Below, piece by piece: positions 24,165 to 37,196 of a stretch of 64,000 nt of DNA. A model generated the notes under the pieces. The model saw nothing but the letters and a program-made list of their open reading frames with translations. It ran no database searches and was not told where the DNA came from. Both the position numbers and the translations under genes were made by a program. Within the stretch, counting starts at the first letter, position 1. Each line of letters starts with the position of its first letter. The DNA is from the human T2T-CHM13v2.0 reference genome, Homo sapiens: the NCBI RefSeq assembly GCF_009914755.1, contig NC_060930.1, one strand, 5' to 3'.

Positions 24165-24570
24165 TGCAAATTTTTCCTCTGAATCTGTTCTTCCCTTCTT
24201 TAACAGTAACAGACTGAAGCTGAGATGTGATCACTTGCCTAGGAAAATATTTCCCAGGCCTTAAGGTACTGGATGTGGCCATTTTACCAAGTTCTTGATG
24301 GTGGATTCTGAGTGATTATACTTGTGCTCTCTCTGGGTTGAGGCCCTTAAGCAGTTGGCTGACTCTCCCATACTAGCCTTCCATAACTTTTTTCTCTTTC
24401 CTATCAGCTGCAGCCGGCTACAGGTATAAAAAGTACGTCTCTGAAGGAAATGACCCAGGAACAAGGTGGAAGAAACCCAGGTTCCTAAGTCACTACTCAA
24501 AAACCTGGAACAACCCCAGACTACAATATGAGAGAGAAAAATAAACCTCTGTCTGGTTTGAGATATTGCA
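24165..24570 (+). mobile_element. MLT1-family solo LTR (ERVL-MaLR)
   Basis: atatttcccaggcc...gatgtggccattttaccaagttc...gagagaaaaataaacctctgtctggtttg. Confidence 0.7.
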
Positions 24571-25080
24571 TTTTTGTTGTTTTGTTTTGTTGTTCTGTTT
24601 GTTTGTTCTTTGGTGTTGTTTAACCTCATGTACAAATGTATAAATAAGCAAATACACATATTAAGGCATATATATAAGATATATAGTAAAGTTATTCAGA
24701 TAGCTGTTGGCTGCTTTCGACAGAGCAAAAAAGGAATGAGAAAAACAGGGAATATTGTTGATACACACACACACACAGACATTCTTAAGAGCTGTTCATT
24801 GTTTAGATGAATGCTGGCTATGTGGTATTATATATGCATACTTTAAACCCAAAGCTCTGCAACTGAGGAAAAAAAAACGATGAAAAAGAGAAAGGAAAGA
24901 AGGAATAAAAACTATAAATGACAGCTATTTTCTTCTTAAGAAAAACCTTTATGCTGTATTGTGTAATGCTAGACTTGGAGTCAATAGATTGTAATTAATG
25001 TGCATAGCAGTAAAGATCACTACAAGAAAAATAAATACATTTCAAAAGTGTTGAAAGGACAAAAGAGCAGGAACACTTAC

Positions 25081-25376
25081 AAGAATTGTGTTGGTTAACT
25101 TGGCAGTGGCTGCAGATTCCAATGTGTTTCACAAGTGTCTAGTGCCTGAGCATCCTATCTGTAGACAGTATTCCATTGTACCATATACTCTAGGCGAGGC
25201 TAAATTGCTTTCTTTTTTTACATCCAACCAAGAAATTTTGTTCAGAAGCCACATTCTTCATCACTGACCTTTCAGTAACTTTCTATTTATTGGTTCTAAT
25301 CAAAGCATTTTCAGTTGATGATTTGGTGTTTTTTAGGAAAGAATTATTGTTGAATTTTTTTCTCCAGTGATTAGGA
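25081..25376 (-). pseudogene. Exon-like block (end of one RGS-like repeat, start of the next)
   Basis: Acceptor aacaaatag|, donor CTT|gtaagt; PNHWRKKF...TNK*KVTER...; shifted frame MEYCLQIGCSGTRHL*NTLESAATAKLTNTIL. Confidence 0.55.
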
Positions 25377-25481
25377 CTATTTGTTAAATATAAATTATTG
25401 TTGATTAATTGGGAAGAATATAAACATGTCTACTTAACTTTTCATCAAAGTTTTAAACATGTTAACTGAAAATTCATTTAC

Positions 25482-25593
25482 CAGCATTTTCAGGACCTTT
25501 CCTTTGAGCATGGATCTGCTGCTTTGAATTCTGTGTAGTCATTCTTCCACAAACTTCATCCCTAATTCTAGCTCTGTATTCCAGTGCTGTTTC
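25482..25593 (-). pseudogene. Exon-like block (112 nt)
   Basis: Acceptor ccattaaag|, donor CTG|gtaaat; KQHWNTELELGMKFVEE*LHRIQSSRSMLKGKVLKML. Confidence 0.6.
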
Positions 25594-26117
25594 CTTTAAT
25601 GGGTAGGGAGATTTGTGAGGCCAAATTTGAATGGCAAATCTTTCCTGATAATAAATTCATCTACTTTTTTTCAATTACCTCGTCTATGTGTATCTTAGCA
25701 GCTTTTTTTTAAAGTAATGACCTTTTTAAAGTCTTTTAAAATCATTTACTATAACATTCAGAGTAACAAGTCTCTATTTTTCAACTATCTTTCATTGTTT
25801 TACATATTTGAACAATGTTATGACAATAATAAGAAGAACTGAAATAAACAGACTTGTATACAAATTCAACTAGCACTTGGTAAGCGTAACCAACTGATGA
25901 GACCTGAGGAGTAGCAGGGTCTAAGAGGAACCAGTTACTATTCATGGCCATTAATTGTGCCTTGGCTACCAGTAATTGTATTTGTGTTTATAATAATCTA
26001 TACTAGTTTTTAAAAGTAATTAAATAAGAAGACAATGGTAGAATATCAGTTAACATGATAAATTGTTTCAAGAGAAAAGGTCTTAAAATTTTTTCACTGA
26101 GTCAGTAATAATCAAAC

Positions 26118-26546
26118 TGCTATGGTTTGGGTATGGTTTGTCTGTTGCCACCAAGCTTATGTTGAAATTTGATCCCCAGTGTGGCAGTGTTGGGAGTTAA
26201 AGCCTACTGAGAGATGTTTGCATTATGGGGGCAAATCCCTTGCGAATGGTTCTGTGCTGTTCTCATAGCAATGAGTTCTTGCTCTCACAAAACTGGATTG
26301 GTTCTTGTGAGAATGAATTAGTTCCCACAAGCGTAGGTCATGATAAAGCTAGGGTTTTCTTCTTTTCACACATGTCCACTTCTGCTTTGACTTTCTTTGC
26401 CACGTGACACAGCACAAAAGCCCTTGCCAGAAGCCAGGACCATGCCCTTGAACTTCTCACTTGCAGATGCATGAACTAAACTTCTTTTCTTTACGAATTA
26501 CTCTGTTAGAGGATTCTTTGGTAGTAAAACAAAATGGACTAAAACA
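26118..26546 (+). mobile_element. MST (MSTB-like) solo LTR
   Basis: tgctatggtttg...ggactaaaaca with exact 5-bp TSD caaac (26113-26117 / 26547-26551). Confidence 0.92.
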
Positions 26547-27055
26547 CAAACAAATTACCCACACTAATTTTAAAATTTGTCCAGAAGAAAATATATTTTT
26601 GGTAGCTAAATTTCATCATTACCTTATAACATATGCACATTTCTTTGAAAAAGTCACAATTATATAATCATTCTATACATACATTATAAATCTTTGAAAA
26701 TGTATTTTAAATGACCAATTGTTAACTATGTAATGGCCTGGCTCCCAATTGGTGATTTAATAATTGGTGATTCTACTTATCAAAATTCAGAACAGGTTTT
26801 CTTCATTGTTGAAAACTGAAAAGATGTCTGATTTGAAAAACTGTAAACTGATTAATGCATTTCAATTTTTTTATTTTCCTTATTTTATTTAATATTTTAT
26901 TTATTCATATAAGCTGATAATATGCAAGAAGTGTACATACATGTATGAAATAATACAATTTCCTTTTATGTAACACTAAGAATCCCAACTCCAACCCTGT
27001 TTTCTTATTTCTGTGAGAGAAGCCACACACTGTTAAGTGATGTTGGATCTTGTAC

Positions 27056-27161
27056 CTGATCTCTTGTGAAAGGTGGCTTTGTAGTCCATCCCAGCTTTCT
27101 GGATGTTCTTTTTAACAAGCTTTTTAAATCTCTCTCTTTATGCCCAGAGGCATAATGAACT
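27056..27161 (-). pseudogene. Exon-like block, RGS-like helix 4
   Basis: Acceptor caattatag|, donor CAG|gtacaa; SSLCLWA*RERFKKLVK, then shifted EHPESWDGLQSHLSQEI(R). Confidence 0.6.
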
Positions 27162-27584
27162 CTATAATTGAGTATATTATATTTAGTCTTAAAATGTCTT
27201 TCAAGATTATAAATGCTCATTTTAGCAGTATAATAAAACTCTTTGTGTTACAAATAAATAAATGCTATAGTTTTTACAAAACTACATCACAACTCGTATT
27301 CAAGTAGAATGTCCTTTATATAATGTCAAGAACGATCTAGTATTTAGCCTTTTTTCTCTCCTTATATCTAAATTTCAGCCTACAATCTATTCCTGTCTCA
27401 TTTATTACCCCTAACTCCCACTTTAGCCCAACATTACTAATCAAAATAATTATTTTATAAATGTAGATTTGTGAAATATATACATTTTGATTTTTTAATT
27501 ATTAATCATTTGGTTGCAGTTTATTTTTAATGAGATTGTTGCAGGTAAGAGAATTTGGTAATGACTAAAATTATGAAAGGATAA

Positions 27585-28005
<421 letters not shown>

Positions 28006-28689
28006 TGACAAACATCATGAGAACGGTAAGGAGAATGATACTTTGCATAGGTTAGTTGGGATTACAGTAGAAGTCCCCTCTGTATTATCAGCCTCACTGA
28101 TAAATATAAAAGTAAATTGTGCAATAGAATCACAATGACACCTTTCAATTTATTTGTATTCACATTTTGTCAATATATGCTTGTATTCTTATTTGCATAC
28201 TAAATATAATACTAGACTATTAATATATACTATGTCAGCATGTCAAATAATTGTGATAAATTACTTCCTAAATGATTGCTAGTTGATTGAAATTCATAGA
28301 AATATCTCATGATAGGTAATTAATACCTCAAATGACCAATAATATTTACACAACTAAATCACATTTCTAACTTTTGAGTGCTTTCTTTGTGCTAGTTACT
28401 ATGCTGAGTGGTTAATATTTTATGTAGGAATATAAAATATGAGAAGAAAATAAGAATAGGATGATCAATATATCATTAAGAAATTGGATTACTTGTTTAG
28501 ACTTTTATATAGTTTGTCAATTTACTGCTAGCCAACTCAAAGTTATACAGCAAAAAAACGGGAAAAACTTAGATAAAATTCAAAGAAAATTCCACAACTC
28601 ATTTATTTTATGATTCATTTATATCTGTTTAAGTTTTTTCAATAAATAGAAAAATTAATTGATTTCTTTTTATAATTTGGCCCTTCATT

Positions 28690-28905
28690 TCATGAACTTG
28701 GAGACCTTTGTTTCAACCTTGACATTAGCACTTCTTAGCTAGAACACATCGGTCTTTATGCTTAGAGTACCCAGATTCTTAATCTATCAAGTAGAGTTAA
28801 CAATACCTATCTACCTTCTTTGTAAAATGTTTATGAGGATTAAATGTGGCAACAAAAAGAAGCACATTTATTGAATTATAAAATGTCATATGAATTTATG
28901 TTATT
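28690..28905 (+). mobile_element. MIR
   Basis: Core-like ttaacaatacctatctacc...gtttatgaggattaaatg. Confidence 0.65.
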
Positions 28906-29123
28906 GATCAAATGGGAATGTGATAAGATATTATTTGATAGAAGATGAAAAGGCTAGATCCAAATATTCTTTGAACAATTAGTAACCAGATATGCAAAAA
29001 TTGTCTGCAATCTTCCATGTAAATTGAGTTACTAAAAGTAGAAAACCAATTTTAAGCTTTTAGAAAATAGGCTTTCATTTTGTGCCAGAGTAAATTCAAC
29101 TAATAAATTAGTAGGACTTTTGC

Positions 29124-29211
29124 CCTCTTTCTAGATTCCTTTTATGCTGGTTCATGAAGATATACTCAGTCATCCAACACCTCTTTAGTTTGTAGCTATA
29201 ATAATCTATGC
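29124..29211 (-). pseudogene. Exon-like block (88 nt; weak GC donor)
   Basis: Acceptor aatatgcag|; HRLL*LQTKEVLDD*VYL (RGS helix 1-2-like); donor AGG|gcaaaa. Confidence 0.45.
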
Positions 29212-29402
29212 CTGCATATTAATTTTAAGATAATGAAATAAGTGTTAAACACAAGAAACAAATATATACCATTATAGAATTTTAGTTAATTATTTAAAAT
29301 AATAATTTAAATAAGAATTTCCTTTTATGTTGCAAACAAATAAAATGCTTTTACATTTTTTAAACTGTCTTTTATTTTAGGAAGAAATCTTGTATTACAT
29401 AC

Positions 29403-29529
29403 TTATCACTGTCATCTTCCCATTGAGGTCCCATTAATATTAAAAGGAGTTCAGTTCAATACATTAACATCTCAGTGAGAATCTGTCTCGTTATAATTAT
29501 CACTGACCTTGTCAATTTAAAATTTTAGC
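29403..29529 (-). pseudogene. Exon-like block (127 nt)
   Basis: Acceptor ttttgactcag|, donor TAA|gtatgt; RQILTEMLMY*TELLLILMGPQWEDDSD, in phase with the next block. Confidence 0.5.
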
Positions 29530-29789
29530 CTGAGTCAAAATTAAATCTCAGCTATTAGAAACAAAGTAAAAGCAAAATGAAAGGCAGATTATTCCTAATT
29601 AAAGGCATAAGAAGAAATCAATATGTTAACTGTGGAACTTGTATGTAAACATTACATGTATGTAGGGATGCATATATATATATATATATGTGTGTGTGTG
29701 TATATATACCCCTTCAGAATATTGAAATGGTGTATACCACTTTCAGTTATCTTATATTTAAATTTATCTTAATAACATGTTTCATAATT

Positions 29790-29931
29790 ATCTACAGAGC
29801 TTATAAAATTAGAGATACAATGGTAACTCCTAGAAATTCTGATTCAGTGAGTATGAGTGAATCTCATGCCTGTTTGTTATTTAAAAATGACACTAATAGT
29901 TCTGATTCACCCTCAGGGTTAAGAACCTCTG
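29790..29931. mobile_element. MER5A-like hAT DNA transposon fragment
   Basis: cctagaaattctgattcagt...ttctgattcaccctcagggttaagaacctctg. Confidence 0.65.
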
Positions 29932-29969
29932 TTATGTGTTATAGAGGATTTAAGTACATCCACTTTAAT

Positions 29970-30260
29970 CTATGAATTTGAACCCTAAATCCAGTTGCAG
30001 TTTCAATAATTCTCTCTAATTGCACTCAGAATTGTTATTTTGGCAAGACTTTGGGGACACATATATTCCATCAGCACACAAATCTTGCATTGACCTCAAT
30101 GACATTTAATAAAGCTACAATTTCCAACCATTGCTCCTAGACCAGATAAATAAAGTCTTGCAGAAAAGCTGCTGCAAAGCTATCTACTGACATTGACAAT
30201 TTAACTGAATTCCAGGTTTTAGAAACAAGTAGAGTTCAGCAATTTTTTTTTACATTTCAC
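29970..30260 (-). pseudogene. Exon-like block, RGS-like helices 5-8 (3' boundary uncertain)
   Basis: Acceptor ttatcatttag|; VKCKK/IAELYLFLKPGIQLN (shift in A9 run)...EQWLEIVALLNVIEVNARF. Confidence 0.55.
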
Positions 30261-30624
30261 CTAAATGATAAATGTTAACAGATTTCATTTTTATACCTAT
30301 GCTTAATTATTTGTTTCAGCTTCAGGGGTCTTTACAAGGGAGTGAAAGACTGTGGAAAGAAATAGCAGAGAAGAGGAGAGAGAGGGGGGCAATGGGGAAG
30401 AAGAGGAGAGAGAAAGGACAGAGAGGTGATTCTGTCAGGTGCACTGCTTTTTGTCTGACGGCCTCAATTGTTTTTAAACTAAATCTTTTCAAGCACTCCA
30501 ATATGTAAAGCAGATCAAAAGAGAGCTACTCTTGTATGTTATGGGGGATGGGGGTGAGAGGTAGTGTACAGGAACCCATTAGGTTCCTTGTTCACATTTA
30601 AGAACAAAGAGCCTTCAGAAATAA

Positions 30625-30860
30625 TTTGAAAAGCCTTTGACTTCAGAATTAAGGAAACCTATTCTCAAATCTTGGCTTCAGTTATTCGATAGTGTATAAT
30701 TTCTATCAGTTTTCTAAAGAATTGCTTTGACTCAGTTTCCATATTTATAAAATTCTTGCTTTAAGACCCAATTTTCAGCATTTTTGTAAGTAGACATAGT
30801 ATATACAAAGTTTGTAGCTTATGGTAGATTCTCAATAAATAGTAGCTATCATTATTATTA
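30625..30860 (+). mobile_element. MIR
   Basis: tcaaatcttggcttc...gactcagtttccatatttataaaat...ctcaataaatagtagctatcattatt. Confidence 0.7.
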
Positions 30861-30986
30861 TCACTAATAGGGTAAGACATACAATAAATATCTTTTAGTA
30901 CATGACCTCTATGAGTAAATAGCTTTTGCTATTAATGTCTGAGCCTTATGCCATTTATTATGTCCAGTAAGCCATTATTTTTGTAC

Positions 30987-31129
30987 TTCCTTGTCTTCAG
31001 GTCTATGTGTATGGAAGGGTATTTTTTATAAATAACATTTCAAACATGTTGAGTTTCTAGCCACCAACCAGAAATGCAGCTAAATCTTACTAGTCTGGAA
31101 AAAAATTGATTCATTTCCCGAAAGTTCTC
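30987..31129 (-). pseudogene. Exon-like block with RGS signature LHFWLVA
   Basis: Acceptor cttgtttaag|, donor GAA|gtacaa; KI*LHFWLVARN...HTHRPEDKE, phase 0 into the 30260 block. Confidence 0.6.
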
Positions 31130-31264
31130 CTTAAACAAGATCTTACCATGAGTGAGTGTCTATAGTCACTTACATTTTTTGACTCTATATTTTCCTATTA
31201 ACATATAATATAACGGGAATAACATAAAATACAGTTTAGTTTTTAGCTGTATTCCTTCATTTAC

Positions 31265-31315
31265 CTGAGCAGTATCAGTTACAGTAGATGTTGCTATTTG
31301 CTGTGGGGTTTCAAT
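31265..31315 (-). pseudogene. Exon-like block (51 nt)
   Basis: Acceptor atgttag|, donor CAG|gtaaat; IETPQQIATSTVTDTAQ open. Confidence 0.45.
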
Positions 31316-31329
31316 CTAACATTTACTGT

Positions 31330-31800
31330 TCCTTTCTGATTATAAAGATGTAGCATTTAGAAATATAGAAAACTATTTTACAAATCTCGATCTTTAAGGC
31401 AAATTTCTAGGGGTGTAAATCTCTGAGAGAAAAAGATATTAAGTTTTTAAAACCTCTAGTAGATTATGGCAATTTGCTTTCTAGAAAGATTATGCCAATG
31501 TATGCCTTATTATCATTTTATAAAAGTGATTGCCTACTCCTAGTTGATTGAAAAAATAATTTGTGTTAATATTCAAATATTGGAGAATATTTTCTCATCT
31601 GTACATAGGTCACTTAGATTTATTTTTCTGTGCATTGTTCATTCATGTCTTTTGTATTTTGTCCATGAATACTATTGTATTCTTGGTAATGTATGGACCA
31701 CATTACAATTGATTATTGTCCCCTTGTCATATTTGGTGCAAATATTCTATTTAAGTGGTCAGTTGCCTTTTAAATGCATTATTTTTCCAAGACAGAAAAT
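31330..31800 (-). mobile_element. Old L1 3' fragment
   Basis: Antisense L1 text (aatttgctttctagaaagattatgccaat; tttggtgcaaatattct). Confidence 0.6.
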
Positions 31801-31862
31801 GTTTATAATTAAGGCTCCTAAGTAAATTGTAAAGGAGGTAAAATTTCCTTACTGTCTCTTAC

Positions 31863-31975
31863 TTGTCTCCAAATATGTCACTTTACCAGGATTGTACTAT
31901 AACGTAATTAAATTTAACATTGTACTTAGGTTCTTTCCTGCATTTGGCTGTTAGTGAAGCGGAAGCAGTTGTTTT
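31863..31975 (-). pseudogene. Exon-like block (113 nt)
   Basis: Strong acceptor ccccctcttttattgcag|, donor CAA|gtaaga; all frames contain stops. Confidence 0.5.
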
Positions 31976-32333
31976 CTGCAATAAAAGAGGGGCCACATTT
32001 CCCACTTTGTACATGATTTATTTTGTTCCTCATATTCATCACATCTAGATTAATTAAATATTCATTTGTAGCTTATACATATTTATAAATATTTTCATAA
32101 TTAACACATATCCATAATGCTTCAGATCATATAAAGGATTAGTCTGAGGTTCTTCAAAAATCTTTCTTCAATTTTCCATATACTATTTCTAAATAATCTA
32201 TTTTTATGCTTTATGGTTTATTGAAGATGATAGATAGAATGATAGATAAGGATGGAGACATTTCTTCCTTTACTAAAAAAATGGAGATTCAAGAGTAAAA
32301 GGGCATTTGGCAACAATGTAATGGAGTGCTTAC

Positions 32334-32393
32334 TAACATGGTCATTTCAATATGTATCTCTGTGTAACTCAAGAGATTTTGTTTAAACAGATT
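32334..32393 (-). pseudogene. Exon-like block (60 nt)
   Basis: Acceptor ttttatcgtttctcattag|, donor TTA|gtaagc; NLFKQNLLSYTEIHIEMTML open. Confidence 0.5.
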
Positions 32394-32762
32394 CTAATGA
32401 GAAACGATAAAATAAATTTATTGCATTAATAAAAAATAGCGACTTTATGGAGGAGGCTGTTTACCCAATTTTAAGTAAGGTAATCTCACATTTGTTTTGC
32501 CTAGAGCAGTAACATTTTACATATGTTGTTTCACTCTCAAATTACAGGCTTTGGAGGATAAGCTTGTGGTCACCCAATGATAATGCATTTGTGACCATTA
32601 AAAAAATTAATATTGGTTAAAACACAGTGAAAGACAAACCCAAATGGGAGAACTCATACACACCCTGAATAATGAGACTTGAAATTAAAACTAAAGAACC
32701 TCTTTCATACCCTTATTCTAGAGAATCTTGGATAGTAATAGGCATTATAGATTGTCCTAGAA

Positions 32763-33099
<337 letters not shown>

Positions 33100-34769
33100 T
33101 TATGCAGATAGAGTGAATCAAACCTTAGAAATATAATAACATAATACATAAGAAATCTAGAAAGTAAGAACTTGACTTTATTGGGGTTTCTTGCAGTGGA
33201 GTAAAATTTGCAAGGAGCAATTGAAGAAGTGAGGTGTGCTGGAGGAACTGTATGTTTAGTAATTGAGTTTAAGCCCATAACAATAATCTTTATTTCACTT
33301 AAGTATTTTCCTTTTGAACTCTGAAAAATACATAGTACAGATTTAATTGTTCATCCCATTTATAAACAATTATCACAGCTAATATTTAAAAGAAATTTGT
33401 GTGCATTGTACAGTCAAGTGTGGAGTCTGGAGGAGCAGGAAACAACATTTCATCAAGGGAGATCCATTCTATTTAGATATAGCAGCATATGGAGTAGCAG
33501 ATCAGACGGATCAAGGAGTTTTACTTGTGGTAATGTCATAATATAACATAAGGTGTGACAAAATAAATTCCTAGACAATCAACTGCCACATTTGAATTAT
33601 TATAATAAAAAAATGAGGGCCATGATCAAGTAGTTGGAACTGAATATACCTTTCTGGTTGAAACAACAAAATGAAGTCGCCATAGGAGTCATCATCAGGC
33701 AACAAAGGAGAGTGCTACCTGACTGATACAGAAAACAAATAAAATAAGCCTTATTATTGGCTTAGCTTACTACTTTAAGAAGTTTTGTAGTTGCACAGGA
33801 AGAGGGGAATTCAGAAAAAACCCAGTGGTTTCTGAGTTGAGGAGACAGAGGTTGAATTCGGAGGAGGCTCATGTGGCTAGAGTTCATAGAACCGAGTACA
33901 AGAGAAGTGAGGGCTGTATATAGAAAGAACTCAAGATCTGTGAAGCACTCCCCTATAATATTCAACTAAGTACTGATCAGCACTTTTTTGAGACATGTAT
34001 GAGGGGGAAACTGCCCAGGGCCAGGGAAAGAAGCACAGAAAGTTTGGAGGAAACGTTCCTGGAACTCACACATGACCAGAAAATTTTTCTTGTTCCCCCA
34101 AAGCAGATGGCATCCTCAGGGTTTATGAAGCAATGGGTAGAGCCCACAGAAGTGTCTTGCCTTAGTAGTAGAGAATAATTAGCTCTCAGTTCAGCACAAC
34201 TATGGTCTTCTATATCAAATCTGAAAAGCAGGACCCTAAAGGATCAAACTGTATTCTTACTGAATACACAAATATCCAGCATTCAACAAGTTAAAATTTA
34301 CAGTGTCTGCCATGCAATAAAAACTTGACAGGCAAGCAAAGAAGGAGAAAAATGTACCCTATAATGGGAGAGATTAACCAGTCAATCAAAACAAACACAG
34401 AGCTGATATAGATGTTAGAATAGAAGTAGCAGACAAAGGAATTAAAATAGTCATTATAAGTGTTATATGTATTGAGAATTGAAGTAGATAATTGGGTGTT
34501 AGAGCCCCAAACTGAACATTTAAAGATGAAAACTACAATGTGTCAGATAAAAAATATATGAGATTGTGTTAACTGCCAATTAGATATTGCAGAAGAAAAG
34601 AATAGTGAACTTGAAGATATAAAAATAGACACTATCTAAAAGTGAAACAGAAAGAGAAAGGAGAATGTTTTTAAGAGAGAATAGATCATCAATAAATTGT
34701 GGTACAACTTCAAGCAATCTATTAATAATACATGTGTAACTGAGGTAACAAGAAGAGAAGAGAGATCAT

Positions 34770-35008
34770 CTAGGCTACAAACACATATAGTATGTTACTA
34801 TACTGAATACTGTAGGCAAACATAATGCAATGGTTAGTATTTGTGTATCTAAATATATCTAAACATAGTAAAAGTAATATGTTCTGTCATGACATTACCA
34901 CCACATTACTAAGCAAGATAAATTTTTCAGCTCTATTATAATCTTATGAGACCACCATTGCATATGCAGTCTGTTGTGAACCACACGTCATTATGTGGTA
35001 TGTGACTG
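34770..35008. mobile_element. Tigger3-family (Tc1/mariner) fragment, one TIR
   Basis: ctaggctacaaac...tactgaatactgtaggcaa...ttatgagaccacc...tatgtggtatgtgactg. Confidence 0.85.
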
Positions 35009-35572
35009 TGTTTAGACATCTTTAAGAGATAGTACTTAAATAAAAATCAAAATGTAGTGTAAAGTTTTATAGCTAAAAGATTTGACAACACCATCTTTTG
35101 GGAGAAATGAATGTATATTGTTATAATGTTCTCATAATATAGCTAAAGTGGTATAGTATCCCTTGCAAGTAGACTGTCCTATGTTAAATAAATGTTATAA
35201 TTCATATTGTAACAAATAAAATAATAGTTCAGTTAATAAGCCCCCAAAAATTAAAAAAGATTTATTAAAAATTCAATACATTTATAATAATTCAGAAAAA
35301 AATTAAAAGGTAAAAAATCCCAGATGAGACAAATAATAAACGTATAGAAAGATAATAATTCAAAACGGATCATATTGATGATCACACTAAATGTAAATAG
35401 TCTAAACATTCCAATTAAAGACATAAATTGGCCAATGACATAAGGAAGCAAAGCCAGACTATATGCTGACAACAGGGAAATGTACTTCAAATATGAAGAC
35501 ACAGAAGACTAATAGGAAAAGAGTGTAAAAATTATACCATGTAAATACTAATTAAAAGAGAACTGGAATGGG

Positions 35573-35900
35573 GGTTGGACACAGTAGCTCATGTCTGTAA
35601 TCCCAGCATTTTAGGAGGCTGAAGTAGGTGGATCTCTTTGAGCTCAGGAGTTCGAGACCAGCCTGGGCAACATGGTGAAACCCTGTTTCTACAAAAAATA
35701 CAAAAATTAGCCATGCATGTTGACTCACACCTGTAGTTCCAGCTACTCGAGAGGCTGAGGCTGGAGAATCACTTGAACCAGGAAGTGGAGATTACAGTGA
35801 GCCAACATGGTGCCAATGCACTTCAGCCTGAGGGGAAACAGAGCAAGACTCCATCTATAATAATAATAATAATAATAGTAAAGAGAGAGAGAGAGAGAGA
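35573..35900 (+). mobile_element. Alu (J/S) with (TAA)n(AG)n tail
   Basis: Dimeric Alu; TSD aagagaactggaatg/aagagagctggaatg. Confidence 0.9.
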
Positions 35901-37196
35901 GAAAGAGAGAGCTGGAATGATCATATTAATCTCAGACATGAGATACATTGATTTTAGATCAAAGAATATTACCAGAGATAAAAAAAGGCCCTTTGAGCAT
36001 GATAGAGGGGCCAATGCATCAAGAGAATACAATCACTGTAAAATCTGTGTTTCAGTCTCATAGCTTCAGAATATATAAAGCAAAAACTGATAAAACTGCA
36101 AGAATAAATAATTAAATCTATAATTTTTGATAGTGATATTATTACCCGCCTTGCTCAATAACTGATTTCACAAATAGAATATAAAATGTAAAAGACTTAG
36201 TATAACTCTCAGCTAGCTTGACCTTGTTGACATTTATAGAGCACTCAACCTAAAACAGAAAAACATACATTATTTTTAAGTGTACATAAAATATTCATTA
36301 AGATAGATTATATTCTTGGCCACAAAACAACTCTCAATACATATAAAAGAATCTGGGTCACCTAAAATGATTTCTGGCTACAATGAAATTAAATTAGATA
36401 TCAATAACAAAATAATTGGAATAAGTAAATAAAATTTTGAAATAACTCATTGGTTAATGAGAAAATCAAGAGAGAAATTAAACATATTTTGAAATGAATG
36501 AGAACAAAACACAATATATCAATATTTCTGCAATGTCATTAAAGCAATTCTTAGGGGAGAATTTGTATCATTAAATGTTGATGATAGAAAAGAAGAAAGG
36601 AACTACAATCAGTAGCCTCAGCTTCTAGCTCAAGAAGCTAGAAAAAGAAAGAAAATTAAACCTGAATAAGAAAAGAGGAAATAATGAAGATCAGAAAGAA
36701 ATCAGTGATTTGGAACACAGTAAAACAGTAGAGAAAATTAATGAAATATAAAGTTATTTCTTCAAGAAGATCAATAAAGTTGGTAAACCACTCTCCTATT
36801 CAAAAAAAAAGACAGAAATTATAATAACAAGAAAGATAGAAGTAAGTTATAGATTCTACAAACCATAAAAGATAAGCAACTTTATCCAATAAAACTGAAA
36901 AATTAAATGAAAATAGATAAACTTCTCATTTAAGACAAATTTTCTGAAAGACACATGCTACCAAAGTTCATTCAAGAGAAATAACCCAAATAACCCTATA
37001 TTCATTATTTTTTTTTAATTTGCAAATAAAAATTTTCCACAAATACTAGGCACAAAGGGCTCCACTGGCAATTTCTACTGAATGTTTAAGAAGGGAATAA
37101 TACCAATTCTACTAAACTATTTCAGAAAATTGAAAAAGTAGAAATATTTTGCTAATCACTTTATGAGGATAAACAATAACATAAGAAAAGAAAATT

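Noticed and set aside
25300-25380. Plus-strand acceptor-like sites (ttttttag, tttctccag)
   Set aside because: No matching donors or coding-like frames; they are the complement of purine-rich minus-strand exon sequence.
27005-27220. 71-aa single-exon ORF
   Set aside because: Only its central 106 nt is bounded by splice sites; treated as part of the fossil exon series instead.
32475-32760. Possible hAT-type MER fragment
   Set aside because: Similarity too weak to call by eye.
33130-33460. Additional RGS-like phrases (IQFLQH here; IWKIEERFLKN near 32110-32188)
   Set aside because: Boundaries and frames too ambiguous to list as exons without alignment.
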